A DNA stretch of 50,517 bases from a virus (Duplodnaviria; Caudoviricetes). Below the pieces are notes generated by a model. The model had not been told where the DNA came from. It worked only from the letters and a program-made list of their open reading frames with translations, and ran no database searches. Shown here piece after piece: positions 1 to 8,389 of the stretch (its first letter is position 1; each line of letters begins with the position of its first letter). The stretch covers positions 1 through 50,517 of IMG/VR virus record IMGVR_UViG_3300044737_000122; one strand, given 5' to 3'. A program made the position numbers and the translations under genes.

Positions 1-255
1 TCACGAATCCAGCTGAAATTCCATCTGCCGCTCGCGCTCGGCCTCGGCCTTGTTCGCTTCGGGATTTTCCTGCGGATCCGCCCGGCACGGCTTTATTTCG
101 TAATCCTGATCCAGCACCGGCCGCGGATGCGGCTTTTCCTCATCAGAGACCACGTCGACCACCAGCCCGCTGCGCTGGGCGAGCTTCCAGACGTCGGCCT
201 CGGTCGGATAGGCCTTGCTCAGCTTGGCCTCATTGCAGAACAGCGCATAGGGCAT
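1..255 (-). CDS. small hypothetical host protein (MPYALFCNEAKLSKAYPTEADVW...), 84 aa
   Basis: ATG at 255 within the 1..501 ORF; codon usage and composition look protein-like; stop at 1-3. Confidence 0.65.
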   Translation of the reverse strand: MPYALFCNEAKLSKAYPTEADVWKLAQRSGLVVDVVSDEEKPHPRPVLDQDYEIKPCRADPQENPEANKAEAERERQMEFQLDS

Positions 256-421
256 CGGATCGCTCCGCCAAAAGAGCTTAACGCGGAAGGTGGGTTTGGG
301 TTTCAAGGCGGGGCCGCCGGCAGTTCGGGGCAGTGGGCCCTGAGTCGTAAACGAGGTGTGAATCCCGCAAAAAATATCGTGCGAGACTCTTTTGCTAGAA
401 TCGCCCGATGTTTTGCGGGCC

Positions 422-529
422 ATGAGAACGACCCTCACAACCCCCGGCGACCGGGTGCACCTCGCGCTCACCGTCGCGCTGCTGGCGGCCTGCGCGGCCA
501 ATCTGCTGCTGGTCTGCGCGTGGCTTTAG
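422..529 (+). CDS. small hydrophobic peptide (MRTTLTTPGDRVHLALTVALLAACAANLLLVCAWL)
   Basis: 35-aa ORF with one TM-like stretch; read manually. Confidence 0.35.
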   Translation: MRTTLTTPGDRVHLALTVALLAACAANLLLVCAWL

Positions 530-642
530 CGGGTTAGATAACCCGCGATCCCGCAGATGAGGAGGATCGGGACGGCTGTCGTCAGCAGCCGCCAAATCAT
601 CCGGTCATACTTGGCCAGCGGCTCGGGCGTCTGCCCGGTCAT
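526..642 (-). CDS. small membrane peptide (MTGQTPEPLAKYDRMIWRLLTTAVPILLICGIAGYLTR)
   Basis: 38-aa ORF with C-terminal TM; convergent stop overlap with the previous ORF. Confidence 0.35.
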   Translation of the reverse strand: MTGQTPEPLAKYDRMIWRLLTTAVPILLICGIAGYLTR

Positions 643-1087
643 GAATTCATGGAGTAGGTGAGACACGGCAGCCCTCCGTGGTGAGGAGGCCAATAGAATC
701 TGCTTCGCGATTCGCCGTCAAGAGTCCCGTCGCTATCTCGTCAGGATGATGCGAGGGCGATTTCTCTAATTATCTAACCGAAAAAGCGCTCTTGGTTTTG
801 AGCGCCGCGACGCGGCCGGCTTGCTCAGAGAATTCGCCGCGCTGCAGGCGCGGCGTAGCGGGCTTAAGAATTTCAGTACGCCACGATGCTTTCCAATTCT
901 CGCCGTATTACTATTCGATCCTTGAACCGTCGATATTCGCCGAGTGGGGACTCAAATCAAAGCGAATACTCGTCGTGGGGTGTTCCGCGTAAAAAATCAG
1001 TCAGCCATCAGGCCTTCGCAGGCAACGATGACTCATGCCCACAGCTTGGATGCCCAGATTTTGGGAAACAGGTCTCGGGAGAGGACG

Positions 1088-1189
1088 ATGAAGGATGCCA
1101 CCAAAAAGGCAGCCTCGGGTGCGCTCGCGCAAATTCTGGCGGTGATGGCCATGCTCGTCATCGCCGGCGTTGTGTTTTACGCGCGGTGA
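1088..1189 (+). CDS. small membrane peptide (MKDATKKAASGALAQILAVMAMLVIAGVVFYAR)
   Basis: GAGAGG SD before ATG; single TM segment. Confidence 0.45.
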   Translation: MKDATKKAASGALAQILAVMAMLVIAGVVFYAR

Positions 1190-2154
1190 GTGACGACCGT
1201 CAGACTGCGGGGTGGCTTAAGCCCGCGCAGGACGCGTTAGAGCCTCTTGGCGCGCGGCACCACAACGGGCTTCTCCTTCTGTTTTGCTCGTCGTGCGCCT
1301 TGCAAGGGTCGCTGTGATGTCTCTGCCGCGCGCGGCGCCCAGAACAGATCTTCGATATTTGAAGAGCGTGCCGATCCGCAAAGGCTTGCAGATCGATTCC
1401 ATCCAGCAGGTTTTGCGGTAAGACGACGCCCACCTTGAGGTCGCTCAACTTGACGGCGACGGCCTCAAGCTCGTCTTGCCAAGTGCGAAGCGCTTCGACA
1501 GGGAGTCGTCCCTGCGCGCCTCGTGCAATTCGCCGTCCCCGTTCTCCACCAGTTTGTAGAGGTTGGTCAGCTTCCGCTCGATCTGGCCTTTGTAGCCGAC
1601 GAGCACTTGCCGTTCCTGTGATTGGCGCGCCGAGAGAGTGTCGACGTTTCACCGACAATCAGCAAGGATCTCCGCGACGCGGCTCGCCGTAAGCACGTTC
1701 TCCACAACGGTTTCGAGCTCCATGCCAACCGTCAGTTCCGGACCGGCGAGCGGGTGACGCTGACGGCGCTCGCGACGGCCACCGGGGTGAACCGAGTCAC
1801 TAAGCTGATCAGCTGATCAGTAATCTACACAAAAAATAGTAGTATACATCTCTATCGTAGCATGTTACTACCTATGCTTGTATTAGCTATTTTGTCGGCT
1901 CTTCATTGGCGATGTCGGGTTTGCGATGCGCCGGCCTCAGGACTCGAGAGGAGAGAGCGATAGCAAAAGAGAATAGCACTCGTTCCACTCCGAAGCGGGG
2001 TGCCTTCCCGACCCCTAGAAGCGTAGTGGCCGACGCTACACCCTACGAGCCCGAAAAACCCGACCAATCCGGCTTTGCGGCCGACCAGCCGAGATCGGAA
2101 TCATACTCTCCGGAAGAAGCTGGCCGTTCAGGTACTGGGACAGGAGGAATAGCT

Positions 2155-2568
2155 ATGAGTGATGCAGGTTCGGCGGGCTATGTGGGAATCGCCGGTACGC
2201 CACCGCCGCCCTCGGGCACTGCCGCCGGCTCGCAGGCCGGCGCCGGCAAGGTGGAGACCGCCGGTACGCCACCGCCGCCCTCGGGCACTGCCGCCGGCTC
2301 CCATGCCGGCGCGAGCAAGGTGGGAACCGCCGGTACGCCACCGCCGCCCTCGGGCGCCACCGCCGCGGGCTCGCAGGCCGGCGCGGGCTATGTGGGAACC
2401 GCCGGTACGCCACCGCCGCCGTCGGGCGCCACCGCCGCCGGCTCGCGGGCCGGCGCGGGCAAGGTGGGAACCGCCGATACGCCACCGCCGCCCTCGGGCG
2501 CCACCGCCGCCGGCTCGCAGGCCGGCCCGGGCTATGTGGGAACCGCCGGTACGCCACCGCCCAAGTGA
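2155..2568 (+). CDS. Pro/Gly/Ala-rich protein with six 23-24 aa repeats (G[YK]VGTAGTPPPPSG.TAAGSQAG); an in-frame N-terminal extension to 1906/1960 is possible
   Basis: strong AGGAGG SD at 2142-2147 before ATG 2155; six TPPP cores. Confidence 0.7.
   Translation: MSDAGSAGYVGIAGTPPPPSGTAAGSQAGAGKVETAGTPPPPSGTAAGSHAGASKVGTAGTPPPPSGATAAGSQAGAGYVGTAGTPPPPSGATAAGSRAGAGKVGTADTPPPPSGATAAGSQAGPGYVGTAGTPPPK
2174..2562 (+). repeat. six imperfect 69-72 bp coding tandem repeats
   Basis: recurring GTGGGAACCGCCGGTACGCCACCGCCGCCCTCGGGC. Confidence 0.9.
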
Positions 2569-2677
2569 GATCTGTCGAAATAAATGATCGAGCGGCCTGA
2601 TCCCGGGAGCGGGAAGGGGGCCCCTCGAGATGTAGATGGCTCAGCTTTCGCCTGATTGTCAAAAGGAGTAAGACGCG

Positions 2678-4372
2678 ATGCCAGATACGATTGACGCTCC
2701 GAAACGCGGTGCCTTGCCCACCCCGCGGTCCGTATTGGCGGCGGCGAGACCTCATGTCGCCGATGCCCTATTGGGTGCACCGGCCGAATACATCGTCATC
2801 CCACCGCAGCCCTCGATGTGGGGCAACGACGTGCACAGCGACTGCGTGACGGCGGAGGAAGCCTTTGCGAAGGCCTGCTATCAGCCGGAGATTTTCATCA
2901 CCGACGTCGAGGTCATCAACTGGGCGACGCGCCACGGGGTCCTTGAAGGCGCCTATATCAACCAGGTGCTCGACTGGATGGTGCATGACGGCTTTCATCA
3001 GGACGGCCAGACCTACAACGATGGCGGCAAGCTATCGGTCAATTGGACCAATGCCAGCATCCTCAAGGATGCGATTTCGCGAGGGCCAGTGAAGCTCGGC
3101 ATCGCCGCCGATCAGGTTCAGACTGCTTACCGGCGACATAATGGCTGGTTCGGGACGGGATTTCACGCCGACGCCAATGAGGATCACAGCGTCGCGCTCT
3201 GCGGCTACGGCAGCATGTCCTGGCTGGCGCGGCAGCTCGGCGTCTCGGTACCGTCCGGGGTGAATGGCAACGCGCAGGGCTATGCCCTGTTCACCTGGGA
3301 CACGATCGGCATCATCGACGAGCCGTCGATGCGGGCGATCACGCACGAGGCGTGGCTCAGGGTGCCGACAACGGTCATCGTGGCCGCGCAGGGTGTCCGC
3401 ATCCATGTCTGCGCCCGTGGCGGCGACGGTGCCGTGTGGCACAGGTGGCAGACGGCTCCCAACAATGGCTGGAGCAATTGGTATTCGCTGGGCGGCTGGG
3501 TCGACTTGATCAAGGTCGCGACGAACCAGGACGGGCGCCTCGAGATCTTCGCGCGCGGCGGCGACGGCGCCGTCTGGCACAATTGGGAAGTGAGCCCCGG
3601 CGGCGGCTGGAGCGGCTGGTACTCGATGGGCGGCTGGATCGACCGGCTGGACGTGGTCAAGAACGCCGATGGCCGCCTCGAGATCTTCGCGCGCGGCGGT
3701 GATGGCGCCCTCTGGCATATGTGGCAGACCGCTCCCAACAACGGCTGGAGCGGCTGGTACTCGCTCGGCGGCTGGATCGATATGCTTGACGTGGCCCGAA
3801 ACGCCGACGGCCGGCTCGAGATCTTCGCGCGCGGCGGCGACGGCGCTGTCTGGCATATGTGGCAGACGGCTCCGAACAACGGCTGGAGCGGCTGGTACTC
3901 GCTCGGCGGCTGGATCGATATGCTTGACATGGCCCGCAACGCCGATGGCCGTCTCGAGATCTTCGCGCGCGGCGGCGACGGTGCGCTCTGGCACATGTGG
4001 CAGACCGCTCCCAACAATGGCTGGAGCGGCTGGTACTCGATGGGCGGCTGGATCGATATGCTGGACCTCGGCAGAAATGCGGATGGCCGCCTCGAGATCT
4101 TCGCGCGGGGCGGCGATGGTGCCGTCTGGCATATATGGCAGACCGCACCCAGCAACGGCTGGAGCGGCTGGTACTCACTCGGCGGCTGGATCGACCTGCT
4201 CAAGGTCTCTTCGAACGACGATGGCCGCATGGAGATCTTCGCGCGCGGCGGCGACGGCGCCGTCTGGAATATGTGGCAGACGGCTCCCAGCAATGGCTGG
4301 AGCGGGTGGAACTCGCTCGGCGGCTGGATCGATATTCTGGAGGTATGGCCCGAGGCCCCCGGGAATCCGTAA
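2678..4372 (+). CDS. papain-like (C1-type) cysteine peptidase domain fused to a 7-bladed PLL/fucose-lectin-like beta-propeller
   Basis: WGNDVHSDCVTA (Cys) and HSVALCGYG (His) motifs; seven 46-aa repeats RLEIFARGGDGAVWH.WQTAPNNGWSGWYSLGGWID; AAGGAG SD. Confidence 0.8.
   Translation: MPDTIDAPKRGALPTPRSVLAAARPHVADALLGAPAEYIVIPPQPSMWGNDVHSDCVTAEEAFAKACYQPEIFITDVEVINWATRHGVLEGAYINQVLDWMVHDGFHQDGQTYNDGGKLSVNWTNASILKDAISRGPVKLGIAADQVQTAYRRHNGWFGTGFHADANEDHSVALCGYGSMSWLARQLGVSVPSGVNGNAQGYALFTWDTIGIIDEPSMRAITHEAWLRVPTTVIVAAQGVRIHVCARGGDGAVWHRWQTAPNNGWSNWYSLGGWVDLIKVATNQDGRLEIFARGGDGAVWHNWEVSPGGGWSGWYSMGGWIDRLDVVKNADGRLEIFARGGDGALWHMWQTAPNNGWSGWYSLGGWIDMLDVARNADGRLEIFARGGDGAVWHMWQTAPNNGWSGWYSLGGWIDMLDMARNADGRLEIFARGGDGALWHMWQTAPNNGWSGWYSMGGWIDMLDLGRNADGRLEIFARGGDGAVWHIWQTAPSNGWSGWYSLGGWIDLLKVSSNDDGRMEIFARGGDGAVWNMWQTAPSNGWSGWNSLGGWIDILEVWPEAPGNP
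3400..4345 (+). repeat. seven ~138-bp coding repeats (propeller blades)
   Basis: CGAGATCTTCGCGCGCGGCGG recurs at 138-bp spacing (3541, 3679, ...). Confidence 0.9.
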
Positions 4373-4516
4373 GCCGAAGGCGGGCAGAGAACATTGGCCG
4401 CGCGGCTATCAATTACAGGCGCGCTGCACTCACATAGCATCTAATTGCGTTGTTGGCATCGTTTGGTCGCAGGACGACAAGCGCTCGGCTTGAGACGTTA
4501 GCTCCGCATCGCGACA

Positions 4517-4603
4517 CGGATCGACGTGGTCGAACTGATCGAGCTTGGCAAGGCCATCGGATTTGACGCCGCCGACATGGTACGCAAGTTGTCCCGGCGC
4601 TGA
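4517..4603 (+). pseudogene. C-terminal remnant of an XRE-family HTH regulator (RIDVVELIELGKAIGFDAADMVRKL)
   Basis: matches the RRIDVVE...AIGFD C-terminus of XRE proteins; no start or N-terminus. Confidence 0.5.
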
Positions 4604-4619
4604 TTGCGCGGATGATAGC

Positions 4620-4694
4620 TGGTGCCGGTTGAGAGGATTGAACTCCCGACCTTCGGTTTACAAAACCGCTGCTCTACCGCTGAGCTAAACCGGC
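4620..4694 (-). tRNA. trnT: tRNA-Thr(TGT), CCA-encoded; probable att site
   Basis: GCCGGTTTAGCTCAGCGGTAGAGCAGCGGTTTTGTAAACCGAAGGTCGGGAGTTCAATCCTCTCAACCGGCACCA; perfect acceptor stem, anticodon UGU, TTCAA T-loop. Confidence 0.97.
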
Positions 4695-4733
4695 AAACTC
4701 AATGTTTTCAATCGGTTGATTGAGAACAAAAAG

Positions 4734-4755
4734 TTTTTGTCTCTTTTTTGTCTCT
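4734..4755. repeat. tandem 11-bp direct repeat TTTTTGTCTCT x2, candidate integrase arm-type sites
   Basis: 40 bp inside the element from the tRNA; the integrase has an N-terminal arm-binding domain. Confidence 0.55.
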
Positions 4756-4778
4756 GGTGCGCGTGGCCCCGCTATAAC

Positions 4779-4806
4779 AAAAGAACCCTCCCCGGTGAAG
4801 GGGAGG
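4779..4806 (-). terminator. intrinsic terminator
   Basis: CCTCCCC/GGGGAGG stem followed by a U-rich tract on the minus strand. Confidence 0.6.
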
Positions 4807-4863
4807 TAGTGGGCCGAGGACGGGAGGAGTCCGCGGGAAAGCATGTGGCGCGACTTGTCGTTC

Positions 4864-5070
4864 CTAAGCGCTCGTGACGCGATCGGGAGGCTTGAGGAGA
4901 ACAGGGTCAAGCTCGTCCGGTGGCTTGGAATAGAGGAAGTTGCGGAGCACGGCCAAGCGGTCAAGCCACGCATCAACGCACCTCTGGCTACAGAACGCAT
5001 GGCCCTTACAGTGGCGACGGGTGAGGCCGAACGGACCTTTGCAGGCCGGGTTGTAACAACGTAGCTTCAT
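4864..5070 (-). CDS. small Cys-rich (Zn-finger-like) hypothetical protein
   Basis: C-x4-C...FCSxxC pattern; GAGG SD. Confidence 0.6.
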   Translation of the reverse strand: MKLRCYNPACKGPFGLTRRHCKGHAFCSQRCVDAWLDRLAVLRNFLYSKPPDELDPVLLKPPDRVTSA

Positions 5071-5138
5071 GGCGAACCTCCTTGTAAGAACGGGTTCGCT
5101 CCTTATTTTACCACGCGCTCCTTCACCTAGATTTCAGG

Positions 5139-5507
5139 TTATCCACTCTGGTCGGCAATGGCCGTCACGACGCCTACAATCGTGTTGCGTAGCCGCTTGT
5201 TCGTTATCTTCTGAAACGACTGCACGAGGCGCAGGGCATCGCGCTCGGCAATCAGCATGAGCGGGGAGAGCTTCCCGGTGTGCGGCTTGGTGTCGGTGTA
5301 GAACGCGGTAATGGGTACTTTGAGCGTGTGGGCGATCTTGAGGAGACGGCCCGCGCCCACGCGGTTCGCGCCCTTCTCGTACTTCTGAATCTGCTGGAAC
5401 GTGACGCCGAGCTTCTCGCCTAGCTGCGTCTGCGACATGTTGGCGGCGATGCGATGCAAGCGGATACTCGCGCCAACTATTAAGTCGTCAGGGTCGATGC
5501 GCTTCAT
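5139..5507 (-). CDS. XRE-family HTH transcriptional regulator
   Basis: MSQTQLGEKLGVTFQQIQKYEKGANRV motif; GGAGG SD before ATG 5507. Confidence 0.9.
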   Translation of the reverse strand: MKRIDPDDLIVGASIRLHRIAANMSQTQLGEKLGVTFQQIQKYEKGANRVGAGRLLKIAHTLKVPITAFYTDTKPHTGKLSPLMLIAERDALRLVQSFQKITNKRLRNTIVGVVTAIADQSG

Positions 5508-5720
5508 GTCTGCAACCTCCGTGGAGTCCCGGAGGTACAACATAATTCTTGAGTTGTGTTGCGCCTATAAAGCCTTGTATTTGCTAAGGATTTGATAAAC
5601 TACCTGTGTGAGTTCCCGCGCCACCCTACAACCCGTTTTATGGCGTAACGACGCGGTATTCCCGCAATTCGCGCATCGAGAACGCATCCCCCTTGCAAAT
5701 ATCAAGAATTTTGTCTGCGT

Positions 5721-6368
5721 ATGAACGTCTACGGATACGCCCGCGTGAGCACCACCGGGCAAGAACTCGATGGCCAGCTAGTGCAGCTGCAAGAGGCCGG
5801 ATGCGTCCGTATCTTCCAAGAGAAGGTTAGCGGGGCCAAAAGCGATAGGGCCGAATTAAGAAGGCTCCTGCGCGTTCTGCGTGAGGGGGACTTGGTGGTG
5901 GTGACGCGGCTCGACCGTCTGGCGCGCTCCACGCTGGATCTTCTGCGCTTCCTGGCGGCGGTCAATGACAAGCGTGCTGCATTCCGCTCAATCAACGAAG
6001 CCTGGGCCGATACCACTACCGCCTTCGGCCGCTTCCTTGTCGTCGTCCTAGGCGGGGTAGCGGAGTTTGAACGCGAGCTAATCCTGGCGCGTACCGCTGA
6101 AGGCAGGCGGCTTGCGGTGGCTCGTGGGGTGCGCCTAGGGCGTAAGCCCAAGCTCGATGCAGAGCAGCGCCGGGACGCCTGCACACGCAAGCTCGCTGGC
6201 GAGGATGTCGCGTCTATTGCGCGGTCATACAACGTCTGCGGCGCTACGATTTCGAGGATTCAATGTTGTAACTCTCTCAGCGAGTCCGCGCGGCTCGTTG
6301 TACCTGCGGCTCCTTTGGAAGATGAAACACAAGCGCGACGCGGCGTGACCCGCAGCGCGGGCATTTGA
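5721..6368 (+). CDS. serine resolvase/invertase (Pin/Hin family) with C-terminal HTH
   Basis: YGYARVST, VVVTRLDRLARS, AEFERELILART, GVRLGRKPKL. Confidence 0.93.
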   Translation: MNVYGYARVSTTGQELDGQLVQLQEAGCVRIFQEKVSGAKSDRAELRRLLRVLREGDLVVVTRLDRLARSTLDLLRFLAAVNDKRAAFRSINEAWADTTTAFGRFLVVVLGGVAEFERELILARTAEGRRLAVARGVRLGRKPKLDAEQRRDACTRKLAGEDVASIARSYNVCGATISRIQCCNSLSESARLVVPAAPLEDETQARRGVTRSAGI

Positions 6369-6549
6369 GACGAGAGGCCAGATCGCTAAGAGGGAACGGT
6401 GCTCCTGGCGTCCAGACCAGCGTTCTCAAGTCTAGGTCGTATTGGTAGACGCATGCGCGGATCGAGCGCATGCCGTCGTTGTTTCCGAACGCGCACCGCG
6501 CCGTGATCCGCCAGCCGAGCTGCCAAGCCTCGCCGATCGTCTCCACCAT
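6277..6549 (-). CDS. Zn-ribbon hypothetical protein, probably SOS-regulated
   Basis: RLKCPRCGSR motif; LexA box 10 bp upstream. Confidence 0.7.
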   Translation of the reverse strand: MVETIGEAWQLGWRITARCAFGNNDGMRSIRACVYQYDLDLRTLVWTPGAPFPLSDLASRLKCPRCGSRRVALVFHLPKEPQVQRAARTR

Positions 6550-6558
6550 GGCAAACGA

Positions 6559-6573
6559 GAACATTTAGAGAAC
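6559..6573. promoter_or_regulatory. alphaproteobacterial LexA (SOS) box
   Basis: GAAC-ATTTAGA-GAAC, matching GAAC-N7-GAAC/GTTC-N7-GTTC. Confidence 0.75.
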
Positions 6574-6677
6574 ATTCGGTCAAGGGTAAAGCACGTGAGA
6601 ATATCAAAAGACCTTTGACATGCGGTTATGATGCGAGTATCGCTATTTACTCCACTTAAGCCGCGAAGGAGGCGAAC

Positions 6678-7082
6678 ATGCGCATTACGGTACGCGGCTG
6701 GGGCCGCGATCTCGGCGAGACCGTCATTCTTTCTGAGGATTTGGAGAGCGCCGATGAGGCTCCCGGAACATACAGCAAGGGCAAGCTGTACAAGAAGGTG
6801 TTGGAACCCGAAAACAAGCGCAGAACCAAGGTGCGGATTTCGTCCGGGATCGAAGTCCGGCTCGGCGGCAGTTACTTGATGCATGTGGAGCTCTCGAGAC
6901 GGGAGATTTCGCGCCTCTTCTTCGAGACGCACAATGGCGCGATGGTTCGCATGATTAATTCGTTCATCGACGAAGAGGATCGCGAGGACGAACTACGCAG
7001 GCTGCAAGAGCGTATCGAGCGGCGCAAGCGCTTCGCCGAGGCGATCGCCGCCGCGAACGCGGAGGCGGGCGATCCGTCCTAG
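6678..7082 (+). CDS. hypothetical protein
   Basis: AAGGAGG SD; 134-aa ORF. Confidence 0.75.
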   Translation: MRITVRGWGRDLGETVILSEDLESADEAPGTYSKGKLYKKVLEPENKRRTKVRISSGIEVRLGGSYLMHVELSRREISRLFFETHNGAMVRMINSFIDEEDREDELRRLQERIERRKRFAEAIAAANAEAGDPS

Positions 7083-7187
7083 GTGCGCAAGGACCTGCCG
7101 TATGAAAGCGGCCGCTCGAAGCGGTGGATCAAGATCAAGAATCCCGATAGCCCGGCGATGAAGCGCGTTGAGGACGGCACATTCTAG
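7083..7187 (+). pseudogene. C-terminal remnant of an ATP-dependent DNA ligase
   Basis: RKDLPYESGRSKRWIKIKNPDSPAMKR, the ligase motif V C-terminus; the rest is missing. Confidence 0.7.
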
Positions 7188-7199
7188 GACTGTGACGCA

Positions 7200-7391
7200 A
7201 TGTATTACTGGATAGCAATTCTCGAAGAATCCAAAGAAAAACCAGATCACATTAGTCGAATGACGTTGGATGAGGTGCTAGCTCTCGGCCGGCAGGCAAT
7301 CGCCGACGGGCACCAAGTGTTGGAAGTGAGTGGGCCGAACGGTCGGGTTTGGACCGGGCAGGAGCTCACGGACCTGCTTGCGCGAAGCTAA
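7200..7391 (+). CDS. hypothetical protein
   Basis: 63-aa ORF. Confidence 0.5.
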   Translation: MYYWIAILEESKEKPDHISRMTLDEVLALGRQAIADGHQVLEVSGPNGRVWTGQELTDLLARS

Positions 7392-7543
7392 TCGTTCTTG
7401 CACGGGCAGGTGCGCGTCCATCCGAAGACGTTGTAGCTATAGCCTCTTCCCTGGCAGCCAGAGCAATCCTTCTCAGGATCGCCGTTGAACGCACCATTGA
7501 GGTGCGTTCTCTGCTCGGGGCCGTTATTCGAGTCGATGCGCAT
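7388..7543 (-). CDS. 51-aa Zn-ribbon peptide (CSGCQGRG...CPC) adjacent to the origin-like region
   Basis: read manually: MRIDSNNGPEQRTHLNGAFNGDPEKDCSGCQGRGYSYNVFGWTRTCPCKND. Confidence 0.5.
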   Translation of the reverse strand: MRIDSNNGPEQRTHLNGAFNGDPEKDCSGCQGRGYSYNVFGWTRTCPCKND

Positions 7544-7790
7544 ATCTTCTATCTATAAAACTATTACTATTATTAGGACCTGTGGATATGGGGAAAACTG
7601 AATTCCGCGTGAACCTGTAACGTCGCCTTGTTCGACCACGTGGTGGGGATAGCACTCGAACAAGAAGTGAGTAGCGAGATTGTGCGACGCTTCCTGGCGG
7701 CTACTCCCAATTTGTCCCCGCGCTATCCCCAACTACTATCCCCACCTGCCTCTCTCTACAGAGCCTCCGCTATCCCCATGTTATCCCCAC
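7542..7790 (-). other. oriC-like replication origin (DnaA boxes, DnaA-trios, AT-rich unwinding tract)
   Basis: minus strand TTTTCCCC[A]TATCCACA-GGTCC-TAATAATAGTAATAG-TTTTATAGATAG; further YTATCCCCA boxes at 7643, 7723, 7736, 7770, 7781. Confidence 0.65.
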
Positions 7791-7865
7791 CTCGAAGGCA
7801 GGTATCTTTCTTGTAGTGTCGCGATATGTTCAGCGGGAACCTACTCAAGGGATGGAGGGCTGAAA

Positions 7866-8276
7866 ATGGTTGATACCGGCATCGGCGAAAAGGAGCGCGT
7901 GCAAATCCTTCTCGCCGAATACACCAGTTTGCGTTCCGAGATCAACGCGAGGATGACCAGCGTTTACACCGTTGCGTCGTTCACTGCTGGAATCGTGATC
8001 TGGCTACTGCAGCAGCAAGCAGGGAGCCTCTATCTCGGGCTCGCTGCGGCAGGTATCGGACTAACGCTTTGTGCATGGGCGCTCATGAGGGATTTGGTCC
8101 GAACGGCGCTGCGGGTCCGAGAAATAGAAGCAGAAGTGAATCGGCGGGCGGGCGAGCGCCTTTTGGTTTGGGAAACCGAATGGGGTGGACAAACCAGCTC
8201 CCTTTGGGGTGGTCGGCTTCTGAGAAAGGCGCTTCACTTGAATCGTCCGCCCTACACAGGTGAAGTCTCGAAGTGA
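7866..8276 (+). CDS. two-TM membrane protein (moron)
   Basis: GGAGG SD; LLAEYTSLRSEI motif followed by two hydrophobic helices. Confidence 0.65.
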   Translation: MVDTGIGEKERVQILLAEYTSLRSEINARMTSVYTVASFTAGIVIWLLQQQAGSLYLGLAAAGIGLTLCAWALMRDLVRTALRVREIEAEVNRRAGERLLVWETEWGGQTSSLWGGRLLRKALHLNRPPYTGEVSK

Positions 8277-8389
8277 GACAGTCACAAGCGATCCCCACCT
8301 TACCACCTCACGGGCAGGGTGCTGGGTCTCAAGCGTCTACAAGATAATGCCTGCTGCCCAGCGACCCGCCCACGAGATTGTGCGACGTA

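Noticed and set aside
2174-4345. Regular repeats as a possible CRISPR array
   Set aside because: Periods are multiples of 3 inside ORFs, with no unique spacers and no cas genes.
7542-7790. The host chromosomal oriC itself
   Set aside because: It lies inside a prophage with no hemE/dnaA/parAB/gidA context; retained instead as an element-borne origin.
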